Assembly: GCA_038087875.1 (NCBI GenBank)
Contig: CM075990.1
Span: 14,820,001-14,884,000, forward strand
Direction of reading: 5' to 3'
Source: Malacoraja senta
Taxonomy: Eukaryota
Length of the DNA stretch: 64,000 nt
Shown: positions 25,860 through 37,175 of the stretch, piece after piece
How positions within the stretch are numbered: the stretch's first letter is position 1
Layout: every line of letters starts with the position of its first letter
Position numbers and translations under genes: made by a program
The notes under the pieces: generated by a model
What the model saw: only the letters and a program-made list of their open reading frames with translations
What the model was told of the DNA's origin: nothing
Databases searched by the model: none

Positions 25860-26175
25860 CATAAAGAACACAAAAGGCCCATTGGCTTGCCAAATCCGTG
25901 GCAACCATTAAGCTCTTATTTTTTGCACTAATCCCACCCCAACCATTTTTATTCTCCCAAATCCCCATTAACCACCCCTGAAATTGTACCATTGATCTAC
26001 ACACTTCGGTGGTCAATTAACTTACTAACTGCATATCCTTGGAATGTGAGAAGAAACAGGATCACCCAGAGGAAACAAGTTATCTCAGGGAGAATATGCA
26101 AATTCCACACAGACAGCAGTGGAGGTCAGGGTTGAAGCCAGGTCACTGAAGCTTTGAGGCAACAGTGTCACTGTG
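25860..26175 (-). mobile_element. Degenerate V-SINE
   Basis: ttggaatgtgagaagaaacagg..gcaaattccacacagacagc..gaggtcagggttgaagcc. Confidence 0.65.
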
Positions 26176-27414
26176 CTGCTAATGTACATGGTTACATTAA
26201 ATATCATGCTCTAGTTATTGTTTCTTAAGGTGGGATTAATAAATCTGTTGTGGGCCTGTTCTAATGTTTGTTTATTTTGTTGACATGACAACACACAACA
26301 GGATAACCTACTTGGCTCCTGCTTGTATAAGGACTGGGTAGAGTTGGTATGTCTTTGACTTACATTTCTGAAGCCTGTCAGTATTCTGCCCTCAGACCCT
26401 GAAACCATCTAGCATCCAGAATTATTTGGGAATTAAACGCACCCTTAATCTTTTTGTACCTGAATGTGTTTGCAACGTTCAATACTAATATTTCACTCTC
26501 TCTGCAGATTTTGAGCTATTTCGTGATTAGTATGTTCAAATCTTGAACTTTATGGTGTAATTGTTTCGCCCCCATTGCATTGTAAAAAATATAATTATGG
26601 ACGACTATAACTAGTCTAGTCATTATAATATAATATATAATTATAATGTCCAAAGACATTCTTGGAAATAACTGATCCAAGGTCTTAAACAACATATTTA
26701 TGAAGAAAGTGATTCATTATAACTCGTACCTGGATAAGAATTACAGACCACTCAAATACAAGGTTGTGGCTGAGACTTTCTTGTTTGACACGTGCACTGC
26801 CAGCAATCATTACTTTATTGTTGCTGACCCCGACGATCCTTGGTGTTTTCATTCTTGTGATTGTTATTGAATGACCTTTGTCAAGCTTGCTCTAAACATG
26901 GTCTTTTCTTGTCAAACATTAAATGTGTGGAGGTAAGTAGAGATGTCACAGGAACGGGTACAGCAATGCTTTTGGCAGTGGGCTTTATTATGTTTGCATA
27001 CAGTGCCATGTGCTGCAACAGTCTAAATGATACATGTTCAAATTATAAGAAATATTTGTAGATATTATTTACTGATATGAGAATTTGTTCTCTAAATTGT
27101 CTTGTCTTTTTTTTAATTATTGAAGTTTTGATCTGTTTAATATCATTTTACCCCTCTCAGCAATGTATTTTATTTGTGTGACTGACAGTGATATAGAGAG
27201 CAATGGTAATAACCATGAAATCATTTCAAAAAATTCAGAGACGCAGTCGACAGCTACTCATGTCCATAGTCAAGTGATGACACTGACTAGAAATTAGCCA
27301 CAGTTCTGTGGTACTCCAATGCTCGAAAATAAAGTTCGATGGATTATGGTTGAAGTATTATCTGATTTGATATAGAGACCATTCGTCAGTGTGCCTGTTC
27401 AAATGATGGAATCA

Positions 27415-27660
27415 TTTAGTTCAGTTTAGTTTATTTTCTTGTGTACCAAGGTACAGTGAAAAGCTTTTTGTTGCGTGCTATCCAGTCAGCAGAAAGACAA
27501 AACGTGATCACAATCGAGCCATTTACAGTGTATAGATTCATGATAAGGGAATAATGTTTAGTGCAAGGCAAGCCAGCAAAGTCCGATCAAGGATCGTCCG
27601 AGGGTCACCAAAGAGATAGGTAGTGGTTCAGCACTGCTCTTTGGTTGTGAACTACTATCT
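27415..27660 (-). mobile_element. Rex1-like 3' UTR
   Basis: gtaccaaggtacagtgaaaagc..ccagtcagcagaaagacaa is the reverse complement of 20600-20770. Confidence 0.8.
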
Positions 27661-29063
27661 ACAATTGAATGCTTATGAACCCATGTAATATTTTTGCATG
27701 GATTTGGATGCAATGGCCGAATGGGCAAGGGCAGGTAACCTATTTTTGTTTGCGTTCAATAAGAATGTTCCTCCAGGATTAAATGAATTATATTACATTA
27801 CAAATCATTGATCTTCCCTCTATGCATGGGTCCACCACACCATTTGGAACGTTTCTTTTTGTTGGCCAAATTTCCAGGCTTTCTTGGTTAACCAGCTACT
27901 ACTTTAATGAGGCTCGGGCACCAGAACGGGTGGGCACCAGTACTGTTTTTGAATGCTGAATGTGAGTATTCTGAAGGTCATTCAAACGTTGAAGTGATCC
28001 CCCCATGCGTGGTGACCGTGTAAATCAAAGATTGACGTCATCATTGGTAGTGAGTCTGGGAGATGGTTGAGTTCCCTCTATCAAGGCTTGACTGGTTTTT
28101 ATGTGCATTGCTGCTGAGACAGAGGGTGGAAAAACTGCATTTGAAATAATCCAAACTCCTATTCCATCAGCAGTAATAATGCATTACCTCCAAATGACAA
28201 GGATGTGAAGAGTTCTGTGTACACTGATAACACTGATAACAAATATTTATGTATACAACTCCCATAAATGTACTTAAAAACATTTAACTGATTGAATTTA
28301 ACGCAGAGCAAATTATTTTTAAAAAATTGATAATTAAACATAGCACACTTATTTAATGAATGTACTCATTTGAATAAAATTTTCATGAGTTGAATGCTGT
28401 AATGGTTTTGTCTGTATGAAACTATTTTGTTGAAAGAGGATAGAATCAACCTGGCGGTAATTTAGCGATGGATTTCCTCACTTGTATGTCAGAGTTTGTT
28501 GAAATGTAGTTTTTATTGTTATTTTGAGGGGAACTTCCTCTGCACCCTCGACTTTCTGGGGAACAGCTGTCTGGGCGGAAATCCACACCGGACATGTGGG
28601 GTCATTTGAAGCCACCTGGTTAGAGTTCAGGACCAGCATGTTCCACCGAGGATGAAAGACAAGGATGCCAAGGTTCAGAAACCTTGGATGACAAGATATA
28701 TTGTTAGATTAATCAAAAAGAAAAAGGAAGCATATGCAAGGATTAGGAAGCTGAAATCAGATAAGGCCCCTGGGGAATATAAAGGAAGCAGGAAAGAATT
28801 TAAACAAGACTTCAGGAGGGCTAAAGGGAGCCACGAAATATCTCTGGCAAGTGAGATTAAGGAGAATCCAAAGTTATTTTGTATGTTTATTATGAACATG
28901 CAAGTAGCTAGGGAAAGGGTAGGTCCACTCGAGGTCAAAAGGGGGAGTTTATGCACGGAGCCACAGGAGGTGGGTAACGTCCAGAATGAATACTTCATAT
29001 CAATATTTACCAAGGAACAGGACATGATTAATGGTGAGATCAGAGAAGGGTATGTGGATGAGC

Positions 29064-29295
29064 CAAGGGTTCCCAACCTGGTGTAAATTTACCCACAGGG
29101 GGTAAATTTCACCTACCCAGGGGGTAAATTTGTTGATTCTCGACGTAGATATTTTTTCTCATTGACTGACTGTGTTTGGTTCTGGTATACCTGTATCTGT
29201 TCATCATTAGTTGTTCATAAATAAGTGAAATAACATTGTTATGTGCTATTAAAGTTGCCAGGGGTAAACGGGACGAAAAAGGTTGGGAACCCCTA
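29064..29295. mobile_element. hAT (Charlie-like) MITE
   Basis: TIRs caagggttcccaacct / aggttgggaaccccta; subterminal ggggtaaa repeats; no clear 8-bp TSD. Confidence 0.75.
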
Positions 29296-29483
29296 ATCTA
29301 AGGAAAGTCAGTATTAGGGAGGAGAGAGTGTTGGATCTTTTGAAAAACATTTAAGGTGGATTAGTTCCTGGTGGAATCTATTTCAGGACACTGAGGGAGG
29401 CAGGGGACAAGGTTACTGAACCGACACAGAAATCTTCACAAACTACATACAAGGTCCCAGAAGACTGGAGAATAGTCAATGTT

Positions 29484-29878
29484 TTAAAGAAGGAACTGCA
29501 GATGCTGGAAAATCGAAGGTACACAAAAATGCTGGAGAAACTCAGCGGGTGCAGCAGCATCTATGGAGCGAAGGAAATAGGTAACGTTTCGGGCCGAAAC
29601 CCTTCTTCAGACTGATAGGGGGTGGGGAGAAGAAAGGAAAAAAGGAAAAATGCGGAGGAGGAGCCCGAGGGCTGGGGGAGGGGAGGAGACAGCCAGATGG
29701 CTGATGAAGGGGAGGGGACAGCAAGGGCTAGCAGAATTGGGAGAATTCAATGTTCAGGCCACCAGGATGTAGACTGCCCAAGCGGAATATGAGGTGCATT
29801 TCCTCCAATTTACGGTGTTGCTCGCTGTGGCCATGGAGGAGACCCAGGACAGAGAGGTCAGATACGGAATGGGAGGGG
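29484..29878 (-). mobile_element. 5'-truncated Penelope-like element, second subfamily
   Basis: Reverse strand encodes the GIY-YIG C-terminus (SDLSVLGL..KLEEMHLIFRLG); intact hammerhead core at ~29583-29610; 14-bp TSD gaatagtcaatgtt (29470-29483, 29879-29892). Confidence 0.92.
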
Positions 29879-30191
29879 GAATAGTCAATGTTGTTCCTTT
29901 ATTTAAGAAGGGTAACAGGGATAGTCCCTCAATTATATCTCAACAAGACCTGTATCAGTGGTAAGAAACTCCTCAGAGAAGAATCACGGGGGAATAATTT
30001 ACTTGTATTTGGAGAAGATAAATGTGGGACTAGACAACATGACTTTGTGCAGGTGAGGTCGTGACTTGTATATCAAATTTTTTTTGAGGAATTAACAAAG
30101 ATGATTGCAGGTAGGGCAGTGAATATAGACAGAAAATACGATACGATATGATACGATAAAACTTTATTCATCCCCAGAGGGAAATTGGTCT

Positions 30192-30280
30192 AGAGTGCCT
30201 GGAGTACCTCAGTGGGACAGGCAGCATCTCTGGATAGAAGGAATGCGTGATGTTTCGGGTCGAGACCCTTCTTCAGACAG
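30192..30280 (-). mobile_element. Penelope-like 3' fragment
   Basis: gggacaggcagcatctctgga..tttcgggtcgagacccttcttcagac. Confidence 0.8.
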
Positions 30281-30462
30281 CAGTGAAGCGCTGTGAAGGG
30301 CAGTGAATGATGTCCATATGGCTTTGAGTAATGCTTTTGATTAAATCCCTTGTACTGGGTTGGTTAAGTCATGTGGGATCCACGGTTAGTTGCGAAGCTC
30401 AGAAACGGATACAATAGCAACTTTTAAGAGACATTCAGGTAGACAGATGAAGAGATGGGGAA

Positions 30463-30589
30463 TGTTTAAGAAGGAACTGCAGATGCTGGAAAATCGAAGG
30501 TAGACAAAAAGGCTGGAGAAACTCAGCGGGTGAGGCGGCATCTATGGAGCGAAGGAAATAGGCGACGTTTCGGGTCGAGACCCTTCTTT
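30463..30589 (-). mobile_element. Penelope-like 3' end (second subfamily)
   Basis: tgtttaagaaggaactgcagatgctggaaaatcg..gacgtttcgggtcgagacccttc. Confidence 0.85.
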
Positions 30590-30782
30590 GATTACAGACC
30601 ACGTGCAGGCAGATGGCATCAGTTATGTTTATATCATAGTTGTTGCAGTCATGGTGGGTTGAAGGGCCTGTTCCTGTGCTGAAGTTCTATATTATTTGTC
30701 CTTTGAGATGCAAAAATGTCTCATAGCATATCCGAGAGAAAGCTGGTTGAAATGTCTGTTCACTTGAAAAGCTTCAGTTATA

Positions 30783-31090
30783 GGGCGGCACGGTGGCGTA
30801 GCAATAGAGCTACTGCCTTGTGGCGCCAGAGACCCAAGTTCAATCCTGACTACAGGTGCTTGTCTATACAGAGTTTGTACGTTCTCCCCGTGACCTGCGT
30901 GGGTTTTCTCAGATATCGTTGGTTTCCTCCCACACTCAAATCGTACAGGTTTGCAGGTTAATTGGCTTGGTATAAATGGGAAATTGTTCTTAGTGTAGGA
31001 TAGTGTTAATGTGTGGAGATCGCTGGTTGGTGTGGACTCGGTGGGCTGAAGGGCATGTTTCCGCACTGTATCTCCAAACTGAACCAAACC
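30783..31090 (+). mobile_element. tRNA-derived V-SINE (HE1-like), full length
   Basis: gggcggcacggtggcgtagc head, B box gttcaatcc, V-core, tail gggctgaagggcatgtttccgcactgtatctc. Confidence 0.9.
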
Positions 31091-31709
31091 ATTGGATGAA
31101 GTCGGGATAGTGAATGTGAAAATGTGTTATACTGTCAACGAGAATTGATACTTTGCTGGATAAAACTGGAGCAATTAATGCTTGGTAGTACTCCATCTCA
31201 ATATCTTAGCTCCCACCATGGATGTTGCACTTGAATTCACATCCAGGACACCAGAATGTGCTTTACCACACATTGCAATTACAGTATGACTGAAGTCAGA
31301 ATCAATTTGGAATTTTGGATTTATCATCAAAATGCAATGGCGTGAAACTGCTCTGGAGAAGAATCTGAAGCAATTTTTGGACTTGAGTCAGGCTTTCACA
31401 CCTGATTTACACTCCACTGAGGTAATTTCAATCAATGTTAGTGATGAGAAGAATCGGGAGGATTTTATAGTAAGTGGCCAATTTGACAAGGTCATTTGAC
31501 ACCTTTGTCCAGAGATAGAATTTTCCCTGCTGCTTTGGTGACATAGTGAAACCTAAACCATTCCATCCTCAAACTAAACATGTTCCATCAATGTATAATG
31601 GTACTTGTGGAAGTTCACAAAGACGAAAGGGTGGGAGGATGAGAATAACATATCGAAGGCAATATATTTTTCATTATTATTGAACTTCATTATTATTATG
31701 ACGTTTATC

Positions 31710-32085
31710 TCATGATAGAGCTTGGGTAGAACATTAATTTTGAGACTCTGGTGTAATTCATGAAAATGACATAACTTGCTCATTGGACCGAATTGAATGA
31801 AGCAACGCCTCTGTAGTATTGGTGTTGAACTGGAAGAGGACTCCAACATTGTTCACTTCAACTGCCAATGGATTTGGAAGATTTCCAAAGTTGGAGGTAT
31901 CTCAGTGTTTTGAGATGACTGCTGCTGTAAGTACCCCATGTATCAGAAGCATGGAGGAAAGCAGGGACACTGCCTTGTCATAGATTGTAAGCTTTGTATT
32001 GGATTTGAGATCTTCTTTTTCAACCACTCTTCCACATTGGCCAAAGGCTGTGCTGGAATACTGAAGGCGACACAGAATGTCATCA
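31710..32085 (-). mobile_element. Ancient RTE-clade LINE remnant
   Basis: Reverse strand gives DDILCRLQYSSTAFG..DLKSNTKL.IY, LHASDTW, HLKTL and QIHWQ across frameshifts, resembling the RTE post-RT region. Confidence 0.65.
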
Positions 32086-32777
32086 TGCCCATTTTATAGT
32101 CTCATTGTGGACCTTCATTTTCAGAGGGCAATATTGTACAGTGGGCTATATTGGTGGTGGACCTTTTTTTTTTTGCAGATATTATTTGCAAGTTGCATCT
32201 TCAGTTAATGTTGACCTGGAGATCAGGATCCAAACATGCATGTCCACATGCATCGTCCATGCACTGCTGCTAGACAAAGGAATCACAGTAAAAAATATTT
32301 AATGGAATTTTGCCTGAAAAGATCATTAAACTGTTGTAGTTTTAAGATCACTTACTTTGACAGCCCTGTGTTTCATCTGTTGCCACATTTTCTCTTCACG
32401 TCTGTAAATTAGTGCAATCTGTTCTAATACTTCACAGTGAGGAAGTGTTATTTATACTGAAAGCAGCATGTTTCGAAGTTGATTGTCAGAAAGGAATGCG
32501 TGGAACTGGAGGAGATGATTGCAGTCTGTGCGACCATTCTCACCAAAACTGACAACTACAGAAATTCCTCTTCAATTGCATTTGAGATTCCATTCTGAGT
32601 TGACTTGTTTGTTCACACTGCATGTATTCATTCTTCTACAGTTGTTGATGCAATAATCACACTTGTGAGTGAATTTTTCAACTGTTGTTTGTTTGTAGTC
32701 TTCACTGAATCTTCTTCATGAAAACACTGCACAATGTTAATTAAGGGTTATCCAATTTGAAGACCCATGTCTACACT

Positions 32778-33110
32778 TAGAACACAGAACAGTACACCAA
32801 AGGAACAGGCCCTTCAGCCCGTAATATCCATGATGAACATGATGCCTAGTGAGAGTAATCTCCTCTGCCTGCACGTGATACGTATCCCTCCATTCCCTGC
32901 ATATCCATGTACTCACCTAAAATCCTCTTAAATGCCACAATCGTACCTGCTTCAACCAACACTCCTGGTTGTGTGTTACAGGCATCCACCACTTTGTTAA
33001 TAAAAAGATCCTGCTCTGCACATCTCCTTTAAACGTTGCCCCTCTGACCTTTATGCTATGCTCTTGAGTCCTTGAAATTTCCACCCTGAAGGAAAGGTTT
33101 ACTCTATGCC
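32778..33110 (-). mobile_element. Old CR1-like 3' end
   Basis: ggaacaggcccttcagccc..cattccctgcatatccatgt..aaatgccac..ctttaaacgttgcccctct. Confidence 0.65.
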
Positions 33111-33310
33111 TTTGGTTCTTGAGTCCAGGCTGATATAAAATTTGTGAGACTGTGTTGTGCTTGAAACTTGGAATTTGGATTGTCAGCTTGCGTATGCAGG
33201 TACACTTACACGTGATTGCAAACATGCCTTGGAAAGTCTGCATGTGAAGGAGACGAAAATGATTAGTTTGTACAAGGAATGCAGTGTTGTACATTTGAAG
33301 TGTTGCCTTA

Positions 33311-33598
33311 AGGCCCTGTCCCACGATGAGAGTTTACCCAAGAGCTCTCCCGAGTTTAAAAAAAAAAATCAAACTCGTGGTACTTCATCACAAGTATTTT
33401 TTTACTCTTGGAAATTTTTCACTCTGTTGAAAAAACTTCACGAGTTTCCGTGTTTCCCGAGTACCTGCCGTTAGCATTAAGGGACATCCACGAGCTCCGA
33501 CGTACCCGCTACGTACATTCTACGTACTTGCCACGAGTTTGATTTTTTTTAAATCCCGGGAGAGCTCTTGGGTAAACTCGCATCGTGGGACAGGGCCT
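33311..33598. mobile_element. PIF/Harbinger-type MITE
   Basis: ~70-bp TIRs starting aggccctgtcccacgatg; TTA TSD on both sides. Confidence 0.92.
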
Positions 33599-33891
33599 TT
33601 AAACTCAGATAAGTACGCATAAAAAGAACAAAAGTATTGAGGTAAAGATGCAGTTTATATTTTAAATAGTCTCGTACAACAACAAAATATGAAATATTTA
33701 ATAGTAATCCAAAGGCATAAAGTGCACATGTTTTTAATGTAACCAAACTATGAGATTAAATAGGAGGGTAAACTAGAGAAATGGGGACCTGTGCTGGCCC
33801 AATAATTTTAGCTCTTCATTGAAACAAAATAAAAAATCTAAAAGACATAGATGAGGTGGCATCTTTGGAGAAAAGCAAAGTTAATGTTGAG

Positions 33892-34095
33892 AGACACAAG
33901 GAACCACAGATTCTCGAAACTTGAGCAAAGCAAAAAATTGCTGGAGGAACTCAACGGGTCAGACAGCATCTGTGGAGGAATGGACTGATGATGTTTCAGT
34001 CTGAAGAAGGATCCCGACCCCAAAACCTCATCTGTCCAGTCCCTCCACAGATGTTGCGTGACATGCTGAGTTCCTCTCATACCTTGTGTTTTGCT
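33892..34095. mobile_element. Palindromic Penelope-derived element (older)
   Basis: Inverted arms around tttcagtctgaagaaggatcccgaccc. Confidence 0.75.
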
Positions 34096-34654
34096 GAAAG
34101 TTACTTTGTTTGACATATATTCTGATTGTAATGATCAAGAGTATTTTATTGCCATATGTCCCAGATAGAACAATTTAAATTCTTACTTGCAGCAGCACAA
34201 CCAAATATGTAAACATAGTACTCTGTAAACAACATAATGAATGAGTGAGGAAAAAAACTATTAATTTGCCACTTGTATAAATTGATGTTAGCTTGAGTAT
34301 ATACGCACATTCATAATTTGCTGCTGAACAAAACTGCTGTCAGAGCCCTTTTATAGAATTTGGTTCATTGGAAACATTTAAACATTGTATGAATGAGTGT
34401 CGTCAGATATCCTGAATAATGTTGAGTGAGATCTCAGCGAGATTTGAATAGGTCATAATCATTACTTAGTAAACTCTGACACTTGAAATAAACCAAATAG
34501 CTTTGTTGTGAGATGTAATCCTCTCAACTAAATAATGTAATAGATTCATTCAGAACAGAAATAGGACCTTCGGCCCAACCTGTCCATGCCGACCAACATG
34601 CTAAGCAAGTCCTATTTGCCTGGGTTTGGCTTGTATGTCTCTAAACTAGCATTG

Positions 34655-34980
34655 CGTGCAAACGTTGCTTGTCCAAGGCCAACAGCATTATAAAAGACCC
34701 CACCCACACATCTCCATCATGGACTGTTCACTCTGCTGCCCTCGGGCAAAAGGTATCGCAGTATAAGGAGCAGAACGGCCAGGTTTTGCAACAGCTTCTT
34801 CCCCCGAGCCATCAGACTCTTGAATTCCATATAAAGTGCCGCCACTATTATCTATTTTTTCTTTTTATCTATTTTATCCTTTTGTTATTTTATGTTGCAC
34901 GGTGAGACAGATGCAACAACATTTCGTTCAGACTTGCATTTGTGTATTTTTGAATAACAATAAAGTCTTTGATTGATTGA
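34655..34980 (+). mobile_element. Rex1-like 3' end with TTGA-repeat tail
   Basis: CLSKANSIIKDPTH motif followed by SFFP.AIRLLN-like segment; aataaa then ttgattgattga. Confidence 0.75.
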
Positions 34981-35166
34981 CCTGTCCAAGTACTTGTTAA
35001 ATAATGTTGTAGTATTTGCCTCAACTACCTCCTCTTTCAGCTTGCTCCATATACCCAGTGGGAAAAGTTACCCCTCAGATTTGTATTAAATCTTGCCCCT
35101 CTCACCGTTAACAAGTTTCATCTTTTTTATACCCATACCGAGGGTAAAAATACTTTGTGTATTTAA

Positions 35167-35780
35167 AGGCTCTGTCTCACGGTGTTGCGGTCATCGGCGG
35201 TGAAGCGCGGCGTCGCCGGTAGAGGGGACCGCACGGCAACGGCGAGAGCGCCGAGCCTATGCCACGGGAGCGCCGCACGGATGCTGCGCGGGGGCTGAGT
35301 GATTTAAGTACGGCTGGTCCCACGAGCTTGCGGTAAGTAAAAACAAAGGGCGGGCCGACTGCGATGACGTCATTTTGGATCTGTGGGGCTGTGGCGGCGG
35401 CAGTGCTGATCGCGGCGCTGTGGCGGTGGCTGTGGAGGCGGCCGTGCGGCACACGTGACTCACTAGCGGCGGCTGTGGCGGCGGTCGTGCCTCACTGTCG
35501 GAGGCTGTGGCGGTGCAAGTTCGACGCACGGCGCTCGTGCCGCACTGGCGCCGGCTGTGGCGGCGGCCGTGCCGCACTCGTGCCTCACTGGCGGCGGCTG
35601 TGCGGTAAGAACATATTTTTGAACAGTGTTGGTTTTATTTTAGCACTGTGCGGTGTTGGGAACAACGGCGCACGGCCCCGGCGGCGGACGTTTGACCGAC
35701 CCCGCGGTCTCTGGCGGCCCAGGAGCGGTAGATTGTTCCTGTTTTGCCGCCAATGACCGCAGACTCGTGAGACAGGCCTT
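35167..35780. mobile_element. GC-rich PIF/Harbinger-type non-autonomous DNA transposon
   Basis: Imperfect TIRs aggctctgtctcacg..tgcggtcatcggcgg / ccgccaatgaccgca..cgtgagacaggcctt; TAA TSD; internal ggctgtggcggc repeats. Confidence 0.85.
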
Positions 35781-36087
35781 TAACCTATCTATTTTTAAAT
35801 ATTTAAAAAATTAAAATGAAGATCTAAAAAATATATATATTTTAATGTTTATATTTATATATTTTAATGTTTGTTCATGATGCTTATTGAATGTATACAT
35901 TTAAATCTTTATTTCATGTATCGCAATGATTGAAAATACTACATGAAATAAACTGCAGATGTTAGAAATCTGAAATAAAATAGAAAATACAGCAAAAACT
36001 CAGCATATGTGTGAGAAACAGGGTTAATATTTCCCAATGAGAATTGGGAAAGAGTTAGAAATGCCAAACTGCCATAAAAGTCCTCAA

Positions 36088-36338
36088 GTAGACACAAAAG
36101 GTTGGAGTAACTCAGAGGGACAGGCAGCATATCTGGAGAGGGAATGGGTAAAGTTTCGGGTCGAGACCCTTCTTCAGACTGAAAATCACATTTTCCTGTG
36201 ACTTTTAATCTGAAAAAAAGGGTTTCGACATGAAACGTCACCCATTCCTTCTCTCCAAATATGCTGCCTGCCCCTCTGAGTTACTCCAGGCTTTTGTGTC
36301 TATCTTCAGTTTAAGCTAGCATCTGCAGTTCCTTCCTA
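36088..36338. mobile_element. Palindromic Penelope-derived element
   Basis: Arms tagacacaaaag..cccttcttcagact and ..gaaacgtcacccattcc..cttttgtgtcta. Confidence 0.88.
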
Positions 36339-36713
36339 GGTAAAATTCCTCAGTCTGAAATGATAACCCCAATACTCTTTCCACACATGCTGCCTGCCCT
36401 GCAATTTGTGTTTTGGTTTCCAATCCTTAATTGGTATTTAAAAGAATGTTCACAGGGTTTATATAAAGAGATATACTTTTCCTTTTTATTTTGCTGTTGT
36501 GGGAATTGTTTACTGTTGTTGGAAGCTCAGCCAGTTTGATGTCCTGGCTGCATGCCAGTAATCCCATGGAACTGATGTCAGATATCAATGGTGGGAACCA
36601 GGATGTTCCATGAGAGATTACGTGGAACAGGGCCGTATAGTATAGGACCAGGCTCTTCAGCAGTACAGGAACAGGCTCTTCAGCCACAAGATGGCTGTGC
36701 TGAACATGATGCC

Positions 36714-36853
36714 TTATTCTTCTTCTTGCGTATGATGTGCACAGCCTAAAGTTGTAGGACAACTTGTTCTATTTGATCATATTTGATTGTGCCCGCCGGG
36801 TTGATTGCATTCGTCGAAACAGGGCGGACCACGTGAAGGTTGCAATCTTCCAC
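36714..36853 (-). mobile_element. Short non-autonomous retroposon with 5' HDV-like ribozyme and AAG-repeat tail (copy 2)
   Basis: Perfect 11-bp TSD aacatgatgcc (36703-36713, 36854-36864); homologous to 18865-18996. Confidence 0.9.
36803..36853 (-). ncRNA. HDV/CPEB3-like self-cleaving ribozyme motif (first 3 nt of P1 missing)
   Basis: Minus strand reads GTGG-AA-GATTGCA-ACC-TTCACGT-GGT-CCGCCCT-GT-TTCGA-CGAA-TGCAATC, the nested double-pseudoknot order P1,P2,P3,L3,P3',P1',J4/2,P2'. Confidence 0.8.
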
Positions 36854-36870
36854 AACATGATGCCAAATGA

Positions 36871-37048
36871 GTTAGTTTAGTTTATTGTCACATGTACCGA
36901 GGTACAGTGAAAAGCTTTTGCTGTGTGCTAACCAGTCAGCATAAAGACAAGACATGGTTACATTCGAGCCATCCACAGTGCACAGATACATGATGAAGAG
37001 AATAACGTTTAGTTCAAGGTAAAGTCCGATCAAAGATAGTCCGAGGGT
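36871..37048 (-). mobile_element. Rex1-like 3' UTR
   Basis: ttagtttagtttattgtcacatgtaccgaggtacagtgaaaagc. Confidence 0.8.
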
Positions 37049-37175
37049 AACTAATCCTTTCTACCTGCACATAAAACATATCCCTCCATTTCCTGCATAT
37101 TCATGTGCCTATCTAAAAGCTTCTTAAATGCCACAGTCATATCTGCTTCCACCACCACCCCTGGCAATATGTTCC

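Larger units (their letters stand above)
28555..30685 (+). mobile_element. Old fragmented CR1 LINE with multiple nested insertions
   Basis: ORF 28652-29086 PWMT..IKKKKEAY..IKENPKLF..NEYFISIFT (CR1 ORF2 region between endonuclease and RT); PEDWR.VNVVPLFKKG split at ~29460/29890; degraded 3' end near 30660. Confidence 0.8.

Noticed and set aside
30783..30855. tRNA gene
   Set aside because: It is the tRNA-derived head of a V-SINE; no complete cloverleaf.
31200..31560. Possible RT remnant (FLDLSQAF) on the plus strand
   Set aside because: A single short motif, too degenerate to delimit or assign.
35177..35756. Overlapping ORFs in GC-rich DNA suggesting a first exon or CpG-island promoter
   Set aside because: They lie entirely within a TIR/TSD-bounded transposon; the ORFs reflect stop-codon scarcity.
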